Source: Acholeplasma sp. | GTDB lineage: Bacteria; Bacillota_I; Bacilli_A; ML615J-28; CAG-698 | DNA length: 64,000 nucleotides | Assembly (NCBI GenBank): GCA_012838635.1 | Contig: DUOW01000011.1 | Coordinates: forward strand, 4,882 to 68,881 | Direction of reading: 5' to 3' | Shown here: positions 38,238-49,987 of the stretch, in pieces | How positions within the stretch are numbered: the first letter of the stretch is position 1 | How the letters are laid out: each line of letters opens with the position of its first letter | Notes under the pieces: generated by a model | Seen by the model: only the letters and a program-made list of their open reading frames with translations | Told to the model about the DNA's origin: nothing | Database searches by the model: none | Program-made: the position numbers and the translations under genes

Positions 38238-39323
38238 ATGTTTTATATTGAAAAGCTGAAATTAACCAACTTTCGTTGTTATAAAGATAAAAGAATAAAT
38301 TTTAAACCTCATGTTAATATAATAGTAGGGGAAAATGCTGTTGGTAAAACATCTTTAGTGGAAGCTATTTATTGTCTAGGACTTACCAAATCATACAAAG
38401 CAAGCAAAGATTCTTTTTTAATTAAACATGATCAACCTTTTTATGTGTTAGAAGGTGAATTTGTCAATCAAGAAAGAAAGCACAATGTTTTGTTATCATA
38501 TGAAATAGATAAATCAAGAAAAAGATTATTAGTTGATAATAATGTGGTTAAAAAGTTAAGTGATTATATAGGGACATTTAAAGTTGTTATGTTTTCTCCT
38601 GATGATTCTGAACTAATAAAAGGCTATTCTCCTCAACGAAGAAGATTCTTAGATATTTATTTAGGCCAAATTAATAATAAGTATTTAAAAGATTTATCTA
38701 ATTACAACAAAGTGTTAAAAAATAGAAATGAGTTATTAAAGCAAACTAATCAAAGCGAGCAAGATTTAGAACTCTTAAAGATCTATTCCGAAGCTTTAGT
38801 AAAATACGGCAAAAACCTAATTATTGAAAGAGAAAAGTTTATTAATATGCTTAATCCAGAAGTGGCAAAAATTAGTTTAGCTATCTCTAATGGAGAAGAA
38901 AAAACTGAACTAAAATATATGCCAAATGTGGAAAACGAAGAATTTATGTTGAAAACTTTTCGACAACTTAAAAAAGATTTGTATTTACAAACAACAGGGC
39001 TTGGACCTCATAAAGATGACTTCTTATTTACAATAAAAGGGGTTGATGCAGCATCGTTTGCTTCACAAGGCCAACAAAGAACATCTAGTATAGCTTTAAA
39101 GTTAGGTCTAGCTAGTTTGTTTGATAAATTGGGTTTAGATAATATCGTAATTTTAGATGATGTTTTTAGCGAATTAGATAAAGAAAGACAAAACGAGATT
39201 ATGAAACTCTTTAAAAACAATAAACAAATATTTATTACAACCACAACAATCAAGGCAATTAATGAAGAATTGCTTGAAAGTAGTAATGTTATTAAAATAG
39301 AAAGGGAAGAAAAAGATGAGTGA
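38238..39323 (+). CDS. recF: DNA replication/repair protein RecF (likely start 38238)
   Basis: GENAVGKT, GPHKDD, ASQGQQR, ILDDVFSELD. Confidence 0.96.
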   Translation: MFYIEKLKLTNFRCYKDKRINFKPHVNIIVGENAVGKTSLVEAIYCLGLTKSYKASKDSFLIKHDQPFYVLEGEFVNQERKHNVLLSYEIDKSRKRLLVDNNVVKKLSDYIGTFKVVMFSPDDSELIKGYSPQRRRFLDIYLGQINNKYLKDLSNYNKVLKNRNELLKQTNQSEQDLELLKIYSEALVKYGKNLIIEREKFINMLNPEVAKISLAISNGEEKTELKYMPNVENEEFMLKTFRQLKKDLYLQTTGLGPHKDDFLFTIKGVDAASFASQGQQRTSSIALKLGLASLFDKLGLDNIVILDDVFSELDKERQNEIMKLFKNNKQIFITTTTIKAINEELLESSNVIKIEREEKDE

Positions 39324-41232
39324 AGATAAAAGATTAAATGAACAGTATAGTGGTTCCGATATTCAGATATTGGAAGGGTTAGAGGCTGTTAGAACTAGAC
39401 CAGGTATGTATATTGGTAGTACTAGTGATACTGGACTACACCATTTAGTTAGAGAAATTGTAGATAACTCAATCGATGAGGCTTTAGCTGGATACTGTAC
39501 TCACATTGAAGTTGCAATTCAACCAAATGGGGCAGTTTCTGTTACTGATAACGGTAGAGGTATACCAGTTGATATTCATCCTAAAACAGGTGAATCAGCA
39601 CTAGAAGCTGTTTTTACAGTTCTTCATGCTGGTGGTAAATTTGGTGGTAAGAGTTATAAAGTATCTGGAGGGTTACATGGCGTTGGTGCTGCAGTAGTTA
39701 ATGCCTTAAGTGAATGGTTAAAAGTTACTGTTTTTAAAGATGGTTTCGTTTATGAACAAGAATATGGTCGCGGTAAGAAATTATACAATGTTAGAAGAAT
39801 TGGTGTTACAGACAAAACAGGAACTGTAGTTCTTTTTAAACCAGACTCTTTAATTTTTAAAGAAGGAACAGAATTTGACTATGAGACTTTAGCATCTCAC
39901 TTGCAACAATCAGCCTTTCTAAATAAAGGATTAAAACTAACATTAACTGATTTTCGTAACCCATATCGTGTTAGAACCAATACATATCAATATGATGATG
40001 GTATTGTAGAGTATGTTAGATATCTAAATCAAAGCAAAACATTAATTCACAATGAAATTATTTATCTTTCGGGGAAAATGGATAATGTTGAAGTTGACAT
40101 TGCTATGCAATATACAGCTGATGATATTTGTAGAATCCATTCTTATGCAAACAATATTAATACTCCTGATGGTGGTACACACGAAGAAGCATTTAAATCA
40201 AGACTTACGCAAGTAATTAACCAATATGGTAAAAAGATGGGGCTTTTTAAAAAGAGAGAATCTTTAAGCGGAGAAGATACAAGAGAAGGTTTAACAGCTA
40301 TTGTAAGCGTAAGACACCCATCACCTGAGTTTGAAGGACAAACTAAGTCTAAATTAGGTAATGCTGACGCAAGAAGAATTGTATCGCAAATTTTTGGAGA
40401 TCAATTAGAACAATATTTAGATGAAAACCCAGATACTGGAAAAGAAATTATAAATAAAGCTTTAGAATCATCACGAGCAAGAATCGCTGCTAAGAAAGCA
40501 AGAGAAGCTTCTCGTAAGAGTCCTCTTGAAACGTTAGGATTTGCTTCTAAGTTAAGTGATTGCCGTTCTAAAGATCCAACAAAAAGCGAATTATACCTTG
40601 TCGAGGGTAATTCAGCTGGTGGTAGTGCGGAAATGGGAAGAGATGCAGAATTTCAAGCTATTCTACCTTTAAGGGGAAAAGTTTTGAATGTAGAGAAAGC
40701 AACAAAAGCTAACGTTTTAAGTAATAACGAAATCATTTCTATGGTTCAAGCAATTGGAGCAGGAATTGGAAAAGAATTTGATATCGAAAACGTGAGATAT
40801 CATAAAGTAGTTATTATGACCGATGCTGATGTTGACGGTGCCCATATTAGAACGCTATTGTTAACTTTCTTTTATCGATATATGAGGCCTTTGATTGAAG
40901 CAGGATATGTATATATTGCTCAACCACCACTATATAAAGTTAGTTATAGTAAGAGAATTGAATATGCTTATAGTGAAAATGAATTACAAGAAATATTAGA
41001 AACATTTAATGTTAAACCCAATATCCAAAGATATAAGGGACTAGGTGAAATGAATGCTGATCAGCTATGGGAAACAACAATGGATCCCAAAACTAGAACT
41101 TTATTAAGAGTTAAATTAGATAGTGTAGCTGTAGCAGATACTGTATTTAGTATGTTAATGGGAGATGACGTTGCTCCAAGACGCGAGTTTATTGAAAGCA
41201 ATGCTATCTACGCTGAGAATTTAGACGTATAG
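39316..41232 (+). CDS. gyrB: DNA gyrase subunit B
   Basis: [41 protein letters not shown]. Confidence 0.97.
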   Translation: MSEDKRLNEQYSGSDIQILEGLEAVRTRPGMYIGSTSDTGLHHLVREIVDNSIDEALAGYCTHIEVAIQPNGAVSVTDNGRGIPVDIHPKTGESALEAVFTVLHAGGKFGGKSYKVSGGLHGVGAAVVNALSEWLKVTVFKDGFVYEQEYGRGKKLYNVRRIGVTDKTGTVVLFKPDSLIFKEGTEFDYETLASHLQQSAFLNKGLKLTLTDFRNPYRVRTNTYQYDDGIVEYVRYLNQSKTLIHNEIIYLSGKMDNVEVDIAMQYTADDICRIHSYANNINTPDGGTHEEAFKSRLTQVINQYGKKMGLFKKRESLSGEDTREGLTAIVSVRHPSPEFEGQTKSKLGNADARRIVSQIFGDQLEQYLDENPDTGKEIINKALESSRARIAAKKAREASRKSPLETLGFASKLSDCRSKDPTKSELYLVEGNSAGGSAEMGRDAEFQAILPLRGKVLNVEKATKANVLSNNEIISMVQAIGAGIGKEFDIENVRYHKVVIMTDADVDGAHIRTLLLTFFYRYMRPLIEAGYVYIAQPPLYKVSYSKRIEYAYSENELQEILETFNVKPNIQRYKGLGEMNADQLWETTMDPKTRTLLRVKLDSVAVADTVFSMLMGDDVAPRREFIESNAIYAENLDV

Positions 41233-41242
41233 GAGGACTCTT

Positions 41243-43795
41243 ATGGAAAAAGATATTGTTGATATTGAAATAGAGAGTTCAAACGAAGAAGAACAAAGTA
41301 TTGATAAAAAGTTCTACCATAAAGGTGGAGTGAAAAATGTCGATATTGTTAAGGAAATGAAAAACTCATTTTTAAGTTATGCAATGAGTGTTATTGTTTC
41401 AAGAGCAATCCCCGATGTAAGAGATGGACTAAAACCCGTTCAAAGAAAGATTTTATATGCAATGAATGGACTAGGTTTATATTCTGATAAACCATATAAA
41501 AAATCCGCAAGAATTGTGGGGGACGTTATGGGTAAATATCACCCACATGGTGACTCAGCAATTTATGATGCGATGGTAAGAATGGCTCAAGATTTTAGTT
41601 TTCGATATCCTTTAGTTGATGGACAAGGAAACTATGGTTCTATTGGTGGGGCTCAAGCAGCAGCTATGCGTTATACTGAAGCAAGAATGAGCAAAATTAG
41701 TATGGAGTTATTGCGAGATTTAAACAAGAATACAGTAGACTATCAAGATAACTATGATGCTACAGAAACAGAACCAGTGATTTTACCTGCTCGTTTTCCT
41801 AACTTGCTAGTTAATGGTGGAACAGGTATTGCTGTTGGTATGGCTACAAACATTCCTCCTCACAATTTAGAAGAAATTATGAATGCTTTACTTGCTTTAA
41901 TTAATAATCCAAAAGTTACAGTTGAAGAGTTAATGCAATATGTAAAAGGACCAGATTTTCCAACAGGTGGTATTATTATGGGCTTAACAGCAATTCGTGA
42001 AATGTATAAAACAGGACAAGGATCTTTAGTTGTTAGAGCTAAAACACACTACGAAGATTTAGGCCGTGATCGCCAACAAATCGTTGTTACAGAAATTCCT
42101 TATTCTGTAAATAAGACTTTCTTAGTAGATAGAATCGTTCGTTTAGTTAAAAGCAAAACAATTGAAGATATTACTGATTTAAGAGACGAGTCTACAAGAG
42201 ATGGTTTACGTATTGTTATTGAATTAAAACGAGGAGCTAATGCTGGTGTAGTTTTAAATAATTTATTTAAACACACTCAACTTCAATCTACTTTTAGTGC
42301 TAATATGCTAGTTTTAGATGGTGGCCAACCAAAAACATTAAACTTAAAAGAAATTTTAGAATGTTATTTGGCCCACCAACACGAAGTAATTAGAAGAAGA
42401 ACAGAGTTTGATTTAGAAAAAGCCGAAGCTAGAGCTCATATTCTAGAAGGATTAATTATCGCTCTTGCGAATATTGAAGAAGTTGTAAAGGTAATTAAAG
42501 CTAGTAAGAGTGGAGATATTGCTATTAGCCGTTTAATGGAAAAATTTGTTTTAACTGAAGAACAAAGCAAAGCAATTCTCGATATGAGATTACAAAGACT
42601 TACAAGTTTAGAAGTTGAAAAGATAAAAGCAGAACTTGTAGAGTTAGAAAAGTTTATTGCTGAATGCAAAGAGATCTTACAAAATCCTCAAAAGAAAAAA
42701 GAACTAATGATCAAAGAGATTACAGAAACAAAAGAAAAATATAAAGATCCTCGAAGAACCGAAATTAGTTTAGCTGAAGATTTAGGTCTAGAAGATGAAA
42801 ACTTAATTCCAGTAGAAGATGTTATTATTACTATTACGGAAAGAGGATATGTAAAGAGAATGACATCAGATACATACCAAGCCCAAAATAAAGGCGGTAA
42901 AGGTATTATTGGAACAAAGATGGTAGAATCAGATGCTGTTACAAAAGTAATCTATACTTCTACTCATGATGATTTATTCTTCTTTACAAATTTTGGTAAA
43001 GTTTATACTCTAAAAGCATATCAAATAGCAGAAGCAAATAGGTTAGCTCGAGGAACTCCAATTGTAAACTTACTAAAGTTAGAAAACAATGAGAGACTAG
43101 CAACTGTTTTAAGTATTGATACAGATTCTATCAAAGAAACAGATTACTTATTCTTTGCCACAAAACAAGGTTTAGTTAAGAAAACGCAAATTGAAGAATA
43201 CAAAAACATTAGACGTAATGGTATTATTGCTATTAACTTAGTTGATGGAGATGAACTATTAAGCGTTGGTGTTACTGATGGGTCTAAAAACATTATTTTA
43301 GGAGCATCAAACGGTAAAGCAATTAAGTTTAGTGAAGATGATGTTCGTCCAATGCAAAGAGTCGCTCAAGGAGTAAGAGGAATCTTAGTTGAAGAAGGCG
43401 AAGAAGTTGTAGGAATGGCTATTATTAATAGTCCAGATGATGAAATAGTTATTGTTACTGAAAATGGTTATGGTAAAAGAACTAGCGTAAGAGAGTTTAG
43501 AACGCAAGTTAGAGGTGGTAAAGGTGTTACTGCCTTAAGCATAAACAAAAGAAACGGTAAAATGAAAGCTATGAAGACAGTTGAAGCTGAAGAAGATTTA
43601 ATTGTAATTACTAATTACGGTATTATTATTAGAGTTCCTTTAGCCCAAATCCTAACAATAGGAAGAATAACTCAAGGAGCTAAAATCATTACTTTAAGTG
43701 AAGACCAAAAAGTAGCTTCAATTGAAATTCTACCTAAAGAAGAATCAGAAGCAGATGTTGATGAAGATCTAGATCTGTTTGTAGAATATGAATAA
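41243..43795 (+). CDS. gyrA: DNA gyrase subunit A
   Basis: [14 protein letters not shown], GyrA-box-like QNKGGKG. Confidence 0.97.
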   Translation: MEKDIVDIEIESSNEEEQSIDKKFYHKGGVKNVDIVKEMKNSFLSYAMSVIVSRAIPDVRDGLKPVQRKILYAMNGLGLYSDKPYKKSARIVGDVMGKYHPHGDSAIYDAMVRMAQDFSFRYPLVDGQGNYGSIGGAQAAAMRYTEARMSKISMELLRDLNKNTVDYQDNYDATETEPVILPARFPNLLVNGGTGIAVGMATNIPPHNLEEIMNALLALINNPKVTVEELMQYVKGPDFPTGGIIMGLTAIREMYKTGQGSLVVRAKTHYEDLGRDRQQIVVTEIPYSVNKTFLVDRIVRLVKSKTIEDITDLRDESTRDGLRIVIELKRGANAGVVLNNLFKHTQLQSTFSANMLVLDGGQPKTLNLKEILECYLAHQHEVIRRRTEFDLEKAEARAHILEGLIIALANIEEVVKVIKASKSGDIAISRLMEKFVLTEEQSKAILDMRLQRLTSLEVEKIKAELVELEKFIAECKEILQNPQKKKELMIKEITETKEKYKDPRRTEISLAEDLGLEDENLIPVEDVIITITERGYVKRMTSDTYQAQNKGGKGIIGTKMVESDAVTKVIYTSTHDDLFFFTNFGKVYTLKAYQIAEANRLARGTPIVNLLKLENNERLATVLSIDTDSIKETDYLFFATKQGLVKKTQIEEYKNIRRNGIIAINLVDGDELLSVGVTDGSKNIILGASNGKAIKFSEDDVRPMQRVAQGVRGILVEEGEEVVGMAIINSPDDEIVIVTENGYGKRTSVREFRTQVRGGKGVTALSINKRNGKMKAMKTVEAEEDLIVITNYGIIIRVPLAQILTIGRITQGAKIITLSEDQKVASIEILPKEESEADVDEDLDLFVEYE

Positions 43796-43796
43796 C

Positions 43797-43821
43797 AAAA
43801 AGCACCCAAGTGGTGCTTTTT
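43797..43821 (+). terminator. Terminator after gyrA
   Basis: AAAAAGCACC-caagt-GGTGCTTTTT. Confidence 0.8.
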
Positions 43822-43965
43822 AAATTTTATAATTAATTGCAAAAAAAAGAAGATTGTAGTATAATTAAATTTAGAAAAACAAAGCAACTAAAAAGCAAAA
43901 AAGGCCTTTTTAGTTGAATTAGATATCTTACAGAGCTAAAACAGCTTAAATTTAAGGAGGCAAAG

Positions 43966-45240
43966 ATGTTAGATATTAAATACTTACGAGAGAACTTAGA
44001 AGATGTAATTAAAAACCTTAATCAAAGAGGTTCTGATTTTTCATACTTAAGAGATGTTATTAAATTAGATGATGAAAAAAGAAATTTAATTACTGAAGTA
44101 GAAAAGTTAAAGAAACAAAGAAATGATGCAAGTAAACAAATTGGTGTTTTAAAAAGAGAGAAAAAAGATGCAAGTGGTATCTTAAAAGAAGTTGCTTCCT
44201 TAGGAGATGAGATTAAAGAAAAAGATGAAACAATTAAAGAGCTAGATGAAAAGATCTTTAATTACTTAGCTACAACTCCAAATCTAGTTCATAAGTCAGT
44301 TCCTGTTGGTCCAGATGATAGTTATAATAAAGAAATAAAGAAGTTTATGGAACCAACAAAATTTTCATTTGAACCAAAAGCTCATTATGAACTTGGTGAA
44401 GCTTTAGATATTTTAGATTTTGAAAGAGCAGCTAAAGTAACGGGTAGTAGATTTGTTATCTATAAAGGATTAGGTGCTCGTTTAGAACTTGCTTTAATTA
44501 AGTTTATGATGGACCTACATGCGGAAAGTGGATATACAGAAGTAATACCGCCATATATTGTTTCGGCTGCTTCAATGTTTGGGACAGGACAATTACCTAA
44601 GTTTGCAGAAGATGCATTTAAAATTGCTAATGGTAATGGTGATTGGTATCTAAACCCAACTGCAGAAGTACCTACAATCAATATGTTCAAAGAAGAAGTT
44701 ATTGATTATGCAAAACTACCAATTAAATTAACTAGTTATACAATGGCGTTTAGGTCTGAAGCAGGTAGTGCTGGTCGCGATACAAGGGGTTTAATTAGAC
44801 AACACCAATTTAACAAAGTTGAGTTAATTAAGATTGCATCTCCAGAAAATAGCTATCAAGAATTAGATGATATGCTTTTAGAGTCAGAAAAAGTCTTAAA
44901 GGCTTTAAAACTTCCATATCGAGTAGTTGTTTTATCAAGCGGAGATATGGGTTTTTCAATGAGTAAAACATACGATATTGAAGTATGGATTCCATCACAA
45001 AAAACATATCGTGAAATTGGTAGTATTAGTAATGCTGAAGACTATCAAGCAAGAAGAGCAAATATTAAATTTAGAAGATCACAAGATAGTAAATTAGAGT
45101 TTGTTCATACATTAAATGGATCAGGATTAGCAGTAGGACGTACTTTAGTTGCAATTTTAGAAAACTATCAAAACGAAGATGGTACGATTACAATTCCAGA
45201 GGTTTTAAGACCTTATATGAGAGTTGATAAAATAGGGTAG
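43966..45240 (+). CDS. serS: Serine--tRNA ligase
   Basis: PTAEVP, FRSEAGSAGRDTRGLIRQHQF, HTLNGSGLA. Confidence 0.98.
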   Translation: MLDIKYLRENLEDVIKNLNQRGSDFSYLRDVIKLDDEKRNLITEVEKLKKQRNDASKQIGVLKREKKDASGILKEVASLGDEIKEKDETIKELDEKIFNYLATTPNLVHKSVPVGPDDSYNKEIKKFMEPTKFSFEPKAHYELGEALDILDFERAAKVTGSRFVIYKGLGARLELALIKFMMDLHAESGYTEVIPPYIVSAASMFGTGQLPKFAEDAFKIANGNGDWYLNPTAEVPTINMFKEEVIDYAKLPIKLTSYTMAFRSEAGSAGRDTRGLIRQHQFNKVELIKIASPENSYQELDDMLLESEKVLKALKLPYRVVVLSSGDMGFSMSKTYDIEVWIPSQKTYREIGSISNAEDYQARRANIKFRRSQDSKLEFVHTLNGSGLAVGRTLVAILENYQNEDGTITIPEVLRPYMRVDKIG

Positions 45241-45248
45241 GGATAAAG

Positions 45249-45626
45249 ATGTTTTGTAGGAAATGTGGTGCCGAAGCTAAAGAAGGGGCAATCTTCTGTC
45301 ATATTTGTGGTAGTATTTTAAAAGAAGAAAATACTCAAGCTAATGTTTTAGATGAACAAGGATATGAAACAGTAGCAAAAAGAAAAAGAGAAACACATAT
45401 ACTAGATACACTTAACTTTGTTCTTGCGCTTGTAAGCATAGGTTTAATGATTATAGCTTTTGTTCCGTTTATGCCTGTTGTTGCACTTATATTAGGTGTA
45501 GCAGCATTAATCATTGCAATTATTTTAGAAATCAAAAAGAAATATCGATTTTCTTTATTATCATTATATTTAGCTGCAGGCGGAATACTGGGAAATATCT
45601 TATTATTGATTTATTTCTTAGGTTAA
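45249..45626 (+). CDS. Zinc-ribbon domain membrane protein
   Basis: MFCRKCG....FCHICG plus C-terminal TM helices. Confidence 0.8.
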   Translation: MFCRKCGAEAKEGAIFCHICGSILKEENTQANVLDEQGYETVAKRKRETHILDTLNFVLALVSIGLMIIAFVPFMPVVALILGVAALIIAIILEIKKKYRFSLLSLYLAAGGILGNILLLIYFLG

Positions 45627-45650
45627 TAAAAAATAGGAAGATTAAACTTC

Positions 45651-46049
45651 CTATTTTATTATTTTAGTATGTAGTTTTTTAAAATCTTCATCACTTAACT
45701 TTTTAGTTTGAACTTTAAATTCAAGATCGCCTTTTTTGTAAATAGGGATTACATGAATATGGAAATGATGAACTGATTGTCCAGCATTTTCTCCACAGTT
45801 ATTTACAATATTAAAATCCGAAACATTTAGTTTTTCTTTTAATAATAAAGCTACCTTTCTAGCAACATTCAAAGCTTCTTTAGCTGTTGCCTCATCAAGC
45901 TCTAAAAGGTTAGCATAGTGTTTTTTAGGGACGACTAAAGTATGCCCAACTGTTATTGGCGATAAATCAAGAAAAGCAAGAAAGTTATCATCTTCATAAA
46001 CAGTATATGAAGGAATTTCTTTATTAGCTATCTTACAAAATATACACAT
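45651..46049 (-). CDS. HIT-family nucleotide hydrolase
   Basis: CIFCKI, GHTLVVPKKH, GQSVHHFHIH. Confidence 0.95.
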   Translation of the reverse strand: MCIFCKIANKEIPSYTVYEDDNFLAFLDLSPITVGHTLVVPKKHYANLLELDEATAKEALNVARKVALLLKEKLNVSDFNIVNNCGENAGQSVHHFHIHVIPIYKKGDLEFKVQTKKLSDEDFKKLHTKIIK

Positions 46050-46139
46050 AATATCAACTCCTTAAGTAAATTATATCAAATATCTTAAAAAAAGCAATAA
46101 TTTATGGTAGAATATGAGAAGGCAAGGAAAGGTGATTAT

Positions 46140-46721
46140 ATGCTTAATGGCAAAGTTAGTAAAGTTCAAGAACTAGCAATAGCTTCAATTATGGTAGCAA
46201 TGGCTGCCGTTTTGTCATTCTTTGATAAAACAATTAGCACAATTGCGTTTCCTTTTTTACCTGTTGCTAAAATAGGGCTAGCAAATATCGTTATTTTAAT
46301 TGCTATTTATATTTTTGATTTTAAAACTAGTTTATTAATTACTGTTTTAAAATCAGTTGTTGTTGGTTTAATATTTGGAAGTTTAAGTACTTTTATTATT
46401 GGTGGAAGTGCTAGTTTAGTTAGTTTCTTGGGGATGTTTTTAACCCACAAATTACTAAAAGATAAGACATCGCTGGTAGGGGTAAGTGTAATTGGAGGAT
46501 TTCTTCATATTATTACCCAACTTTTTGTGGTAATGTTTGTTTATCGTACGGGAGATGCGGTTTTTAAATCTGGTGCATTATTAGTACTAATATCTTTAAT
46601 TACGAGTATACTAGTAGGTCTAGCAGGTAATGGTTTATATAAATACTTACAAATCCATTATCACTTAACTCCTGAATTAGAAATTAAAGGAACAGAAGAA
46701 GGAGAAAAAAATGAACATTAA
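46140..46721 (+). CDS. Gx transporter / heptaprenyl-PP synthase component I family membrane protein (likely start 46140)
   Basis: P..KIGLANIV, GVSVIGGFLH...Q. Confidence 0.75.
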   Translation: MLNGKVSKVQELAIASIMVAMAAVLSFFDKTISTIAFPFLPVAKIGLANIVILIAIYIFDFKTSLLITVLKSVVVGLIFGSLSTFIIGGSASLVSFLGMFLTHKLLKDKTSLVGVSVIGGFLHIITQLFVVMFVYRTGDAVFKSGALLVLISLITSILVGLAGNGLYKYLQIHYHLTPELEIKGTEEGEKNEH

Positions 46722-47658
46722 AGCAATTAAAGAAAAAGTAGAACAATACGATCTTATTATTATTGAAAGACATGCAAATCCTGATGGCGATGCAATGGGA
46801 AGTCAATTGGGTTTAAAAGCAATTTTAAAAGAAAATTATCCAAACAAAAAAATCTATGCTGTTGGTGATACTAATAATCGTTTTGATTTTATGGGTAAAA
46901 CAGAAGAAATAGATATCGAATTATATGAAAAAGCATTAGTTTTTGTCTTAGATTCATCTACCGACGAAATGCTATTAAATAATAATTATAAAAATGCAAA
47001 TTTCTCAATAAAAATAGATCATCATAATACTGTAAGTGATTATTGTGATTTAAATTATACAGATACGAGTTTTGAAAGTTGTGCAGGAATGATTGCGCAA
47101 ATTGCTTTAGATTTAGATTGGAAAATAAATAAGGAAGCAGCAACACAATTATATACAGGTATTGTTACTGATAGTGGTCGTTTTCGTTATGATAAAACAA
47201 CAGCAAGAACTTTTGCAATTGCCTCTAAACTTATGGAGTATGAGATAGATATTGATAACATCTATTCCAATCTTTATCTTGAAAGTTTAGCTAGCGTTAA
47301 ATTAAAAGCAAAATTAATTAATGAGTTTAAGATTACAGAAAATAAAGTAGCTTATCTAAAAGTTACCAAAAAAGATGTAGAAGCATATGGCATTTCGCCT
47401 CATAATATAGCTAGAGGATATGTGAATATTATGGCTGGTATTAAAGAAATTGAAATTTGGGCGATGTTTGTAGAAGATGAAGAAAATAACCAAATCTTAT
47501 GTGAGTTTCGTTCATCTAAACACAATATTAATCAAGTTGCTGTTAAATATGGTGGAGGTGGCCATTTACTTGCAAGTGGGGCTAAAGTTGCAAGTTTTGA
47601 GATTTGTAAAAAGATTATTGAAGATTTCAATAAACTAGTTGCAGGGAGTGAAAAATGA
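46711..47658 (+). CDS. nrnA: DHH/DHHA1 oligoribonuclease/pAp phosphatase (NrnA-like), copy 1
   Basis: RHANPDGDA, IDHH, TDSGRF, GGGGHLLASG. Confidence 0.88.
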   Translation: MNIKAIKEKVEQYDLIIIERHANPDGDAMGSQLGLKAILKENYPNKKIYAVGDTNNRFDFMGKTEEIDIELYEKALVFVLDSSTDEMLLNNNYKNANFSIKIDHHNTVSDYCDLNYTDTSFESCAGMIAQIALDLDWKINKEAATQLYTGIVTDSGRFRYDKTTARTFAIASKLMEYEIDIDNIYSNLYLESLASVKLKAKLINEFKITENKVAYLKVTKKDVEAYGISPHNIARGYVNIMAGIKEIEIWAMFVEDEENNQILCEFRSSKHNINQVAVKYGGGGHLLASGAKVASFEICKKIIEDFNKLVAGSEK

Positions 47659-48632
47659 AAGAAATAAAAAAACAAATTTTGAAGAAAATTAAAGAATATG
47701 ATAGTATTATCATCTTAGGTCATCAAAGACCAGATGGGGATTGTATTGGTTCTGTTTTAGGTTTGAAAGATATCTTAAATACATCTTTTCCTAAGAAAAA
47801 AGTCTATGCCCCTGCTAATGATTCAGTTAGTTATTTAGATTTTTTAGAATCAAGAGAAAAAGAACTACAACCAGAAATATATCAAGAGTCTTTAGTTATT
47901 GTTTTAGATACAGCTACTAAAGAAAGAATTGATAGTAAATATTATCATCTAGCAAAAGAAACAATAAAAATAGATCATCATCTTCCTGTTGATGATTACG
48001 GCGATATCAATTATGTTGATGTTAAAGCACCAGCAACAGCAGAAATTATTGTTGATTTCTTACTAACTTTTAAAAAGCAATTAAAACTTACTAGTAAAGG
48101 CGCTAAAGCATTATTTACAGCTTTAATAACTGATACTGGAAGGTTTAGATATAGTAGTGTCACTTCTAAAACTTTAGAAGTTGGTGCTTATTTACTTACT
48201 TATGATGTAGATTTTGAAAAGATTTATAATAATTTATATTTAAAAGATCTAGAAGTTTTAAAATTAGAAGGTTATTTGAACTTGAATTTTAAAACTACAG
48301 AAAATGGTGTTGCATATTTTTATATTGATAAAAAAATTAGAAATCAGTATAATATAAGTATTGAAGATGCAGCATCGTTAGTTAATTGTTTAGACTCAAT
48401 TAAAGGCAGTCTAATTTGGGTCTTGTTTGTGGAACAAGAAGATGGTACAATTAGGGCTAGAATAAGAAGTAGATATGTAACTATCTCTGATGTAGCTAAT
48501 AATTATCGAGGTGGTGGGCATAAACAAGCTAGTGGTGCTACTCTATTAGAAGAAAAAGAAATTACTTTAATTTTAAAGGAATTAGATATGAGATTAAAGG
48601 AATTTAAAAAAGAAAACGGAGGATTAATGTAA
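47655..48632 (+). CDS. nrnA: DHH/DHHA1 oligoribonuclease/pAp phosphatase (NrnA-like), copy 2
   Basis: HQRPDGDC, IDHH, TDTGRF, GGGHKQASG. Confidence 0.88.
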   Translation: MKEIKKQILKKIKEYDSIIILGHQRPDGDCIGSVLGLKDILNTSFPKKKVYAPANDSVSYLDFLESREKELQPEIYQESLVIVLDTATKERIDSKYYHLAKETIKIDHHLPVDDYGDINYVDVKAPATAEIIVDFLLTFKKQLKLTSKGAKALFTALITDTGRFRYSSVTSKTLEVGAYLLTYDVDFEKIYNNLYLKDLEVLKLEGYLNLNFKTTENGVAYFYIDKKIRNQYNISIEDAASLVNCLDSIKGSLIWVLFVEQEDGTIRARIRSRYVTISDVANNYRGGGHKQASGATLLEEKEITLILKELDMRLKEFKKENGGLM

Positions 48633-48633
48633 C

Positions 48634-49365
48634 TTGAAGATACTTGTTGTAAACGATGATGGAATTCAATCAGAAGGATTAAGAGTATTAGTTGAAAAAG
48701 CAAAGAAATATGGAGAAGTATTAGTTGTTGCTCCTAAATATAACCAATCAGCCACAAGCCATAAAATATTAGTTAGAGGTGGTTTTAGTGTTGAGAAAAT
48801 TGATTTATTTCCAGGAGTAGAAGCTTATGCAATTGATACAACACCGGCTGACTGTGTTCGTTTTGCTTGCTATCATTTAAATTATGATTATGATTTAGTT
48901 GTTTCTGGAGTTAATAAAGGATATAATTTAGGTTTTGATATCTTTTATTCAGGAACAGTAGCTGGCGCAACAGAAGCAGCATATACTAAAAAGCATGGAT
49001 TTGCTTTTTCTGCAAACTATAAATCATTAGCTGGTTTTGAAAAACACTTTGATGAAGTTATGGAATTACTTTTAAGTGAAGAATATTGGAATAAAGCTTT
49101 AGTATATAATGTAAACTTTCCTGTTGATCCTCAAGGTATTAAACTTGCCGTTCAAGGCGATACTTGCTTTGATACTTATTTTGAAGAAAAAGAAGGATTA
49201 TATTATCAGTTAGGAACAGGAAACTTAAGTTTAGATAATAATGAAGAAAGCGATGCTTATTTAATCCATCGCGGATACACAACAATTACACCTTTAAGTG
49301 GTGATCGTACAAATCACGAAGTATACAATCTTTTAAAAGGAGGAAGAAAAGATGGGAAAAGATAG
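48634..49365 (+). CDS. surE: 5'/3'-nucleotidase SurE
   Basis: ILVVNDDG, TPADCV, VSGVNKG.N, YSGTVAGA. Confidence 0.93.
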   Translation: MKILVVNDDGIQSEGLRVLVEKAKKYGEVLVVAPKYNQSATSHKILVRGGFSVEKIDLFPGVEAYAIDTTPADCVRFACYHLNYDYDLVVSGVNKGYNLGFDIFYSGTVAGATEAAYTKKHGFAFSANYKSLAGFEKHFDEVMELLLSEEYWNKALVYNVNFPVDPQGIKLAVQGDTCFDTYFEEKEGLYYQLGTGNLSLDNNEESDAYLIHRGYTTITPLSGDRTNHEVYNLLKGGRKDGKR

Positions 49366-49873
49366 AAATATCTATGAAGATATGTCAATGGTGAATGTAG
49401 CTTTAAAGATTTTAGAAGAAACTAAAAAGCCAGACACGATTGTAAATCTAGCAGCAGAAGTCTTTAAAAGAAAGGGAATTGAAAAAGTAGACCCTCAAGA
49501 TTATATCCAATTTGAAATTGACTTTATGTTAAGTGGCTATTTTATTTGTTGCGCAGAAGATAAAGAAGGAACAAGATTATGGGACTTAAAATATCGCCAA
49601 AACTCAAAATTACTTAATCAAGATAAAACATATATTGATGTTGTTGATGAAGTATTCTCAGAAGATGCCTTAAAATATGAAATGCAAGAAGAATTATTAG
49701 CTCAAGATGACGAAGAAGTTTTAGATGAAGATGAAGAAGAAGCTGATGATGACGATGCTATCTATGATGCAATTGAAGAAGATGAAGAAGATTACGATGA
49801 TTTTGAAGATTTATCTGATGAAGATGATGAAGATTATGATGAGGATGAAGACGACGAGTTTGATGACCTTTAA
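49352..49873 (+). CDS. rpoE: RNA polymerase delta subunit
   Basis: MSMVNVA..IL, WDLK, long D/E tail; rpoE-pyrG synteny. Confidence 0.85.
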   Translation: MGKDRNIYEDMSMVNVALKILEETKKPDTIVNLAAEVFKRKGIEKVDPQDYIQFEIDFMLSGYFICCAEDKEGTRLWDLKYRQNSKLLNQDKTYIDVVDEVFSEDALKYEMQEELLAQDDEEVLDEDEEEADDDDAIYDAIEEDEEDYDDFEDLSDEDDEDYDEDEDDEFDDL

Positions 49874-49892
49874 TAATTATTAAAGATTGTTA

Positions 49893-49970
49893 TAGACAAA
49901 AGGTTTAATATTTGCTATAATAATAAAGAGCAAAATAGTTCTCTTAAAGAAAGAGGGCTATTTTTTGTTT
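49893..49970 (+). promoter_or_regulatory. pyrG promoter and leader attenuator
   Basis: TAGACA-N17-TATAAT (TG extension), then hairpin AAAATAGTTCTCT..AGAGGGCTATTTT with U-run before the RBS. Confidence 0.7.
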
Positions 49971-49987
49971 TTTAATGGAGGTAAAAA

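Noticed and set aside
38036..38251. 71-aa ORF as yaaA or a real gene
   Set aside because: No S4-like motif, TTG start without RBS, and it overlaps the recF promoter and start
43860..43960. T-box upstream of serS
   Set aside because: Leader is only about 100 nt, with one hairpin (CAACTAAAAAG/CTTTTTAGTTG), no GGTGGNACC T-box and no terminator
49700..49870. GAT/GAA-rich repeat
   Set aside because: Encodes the normal acidic tail of the RNA polymerase delta subunit
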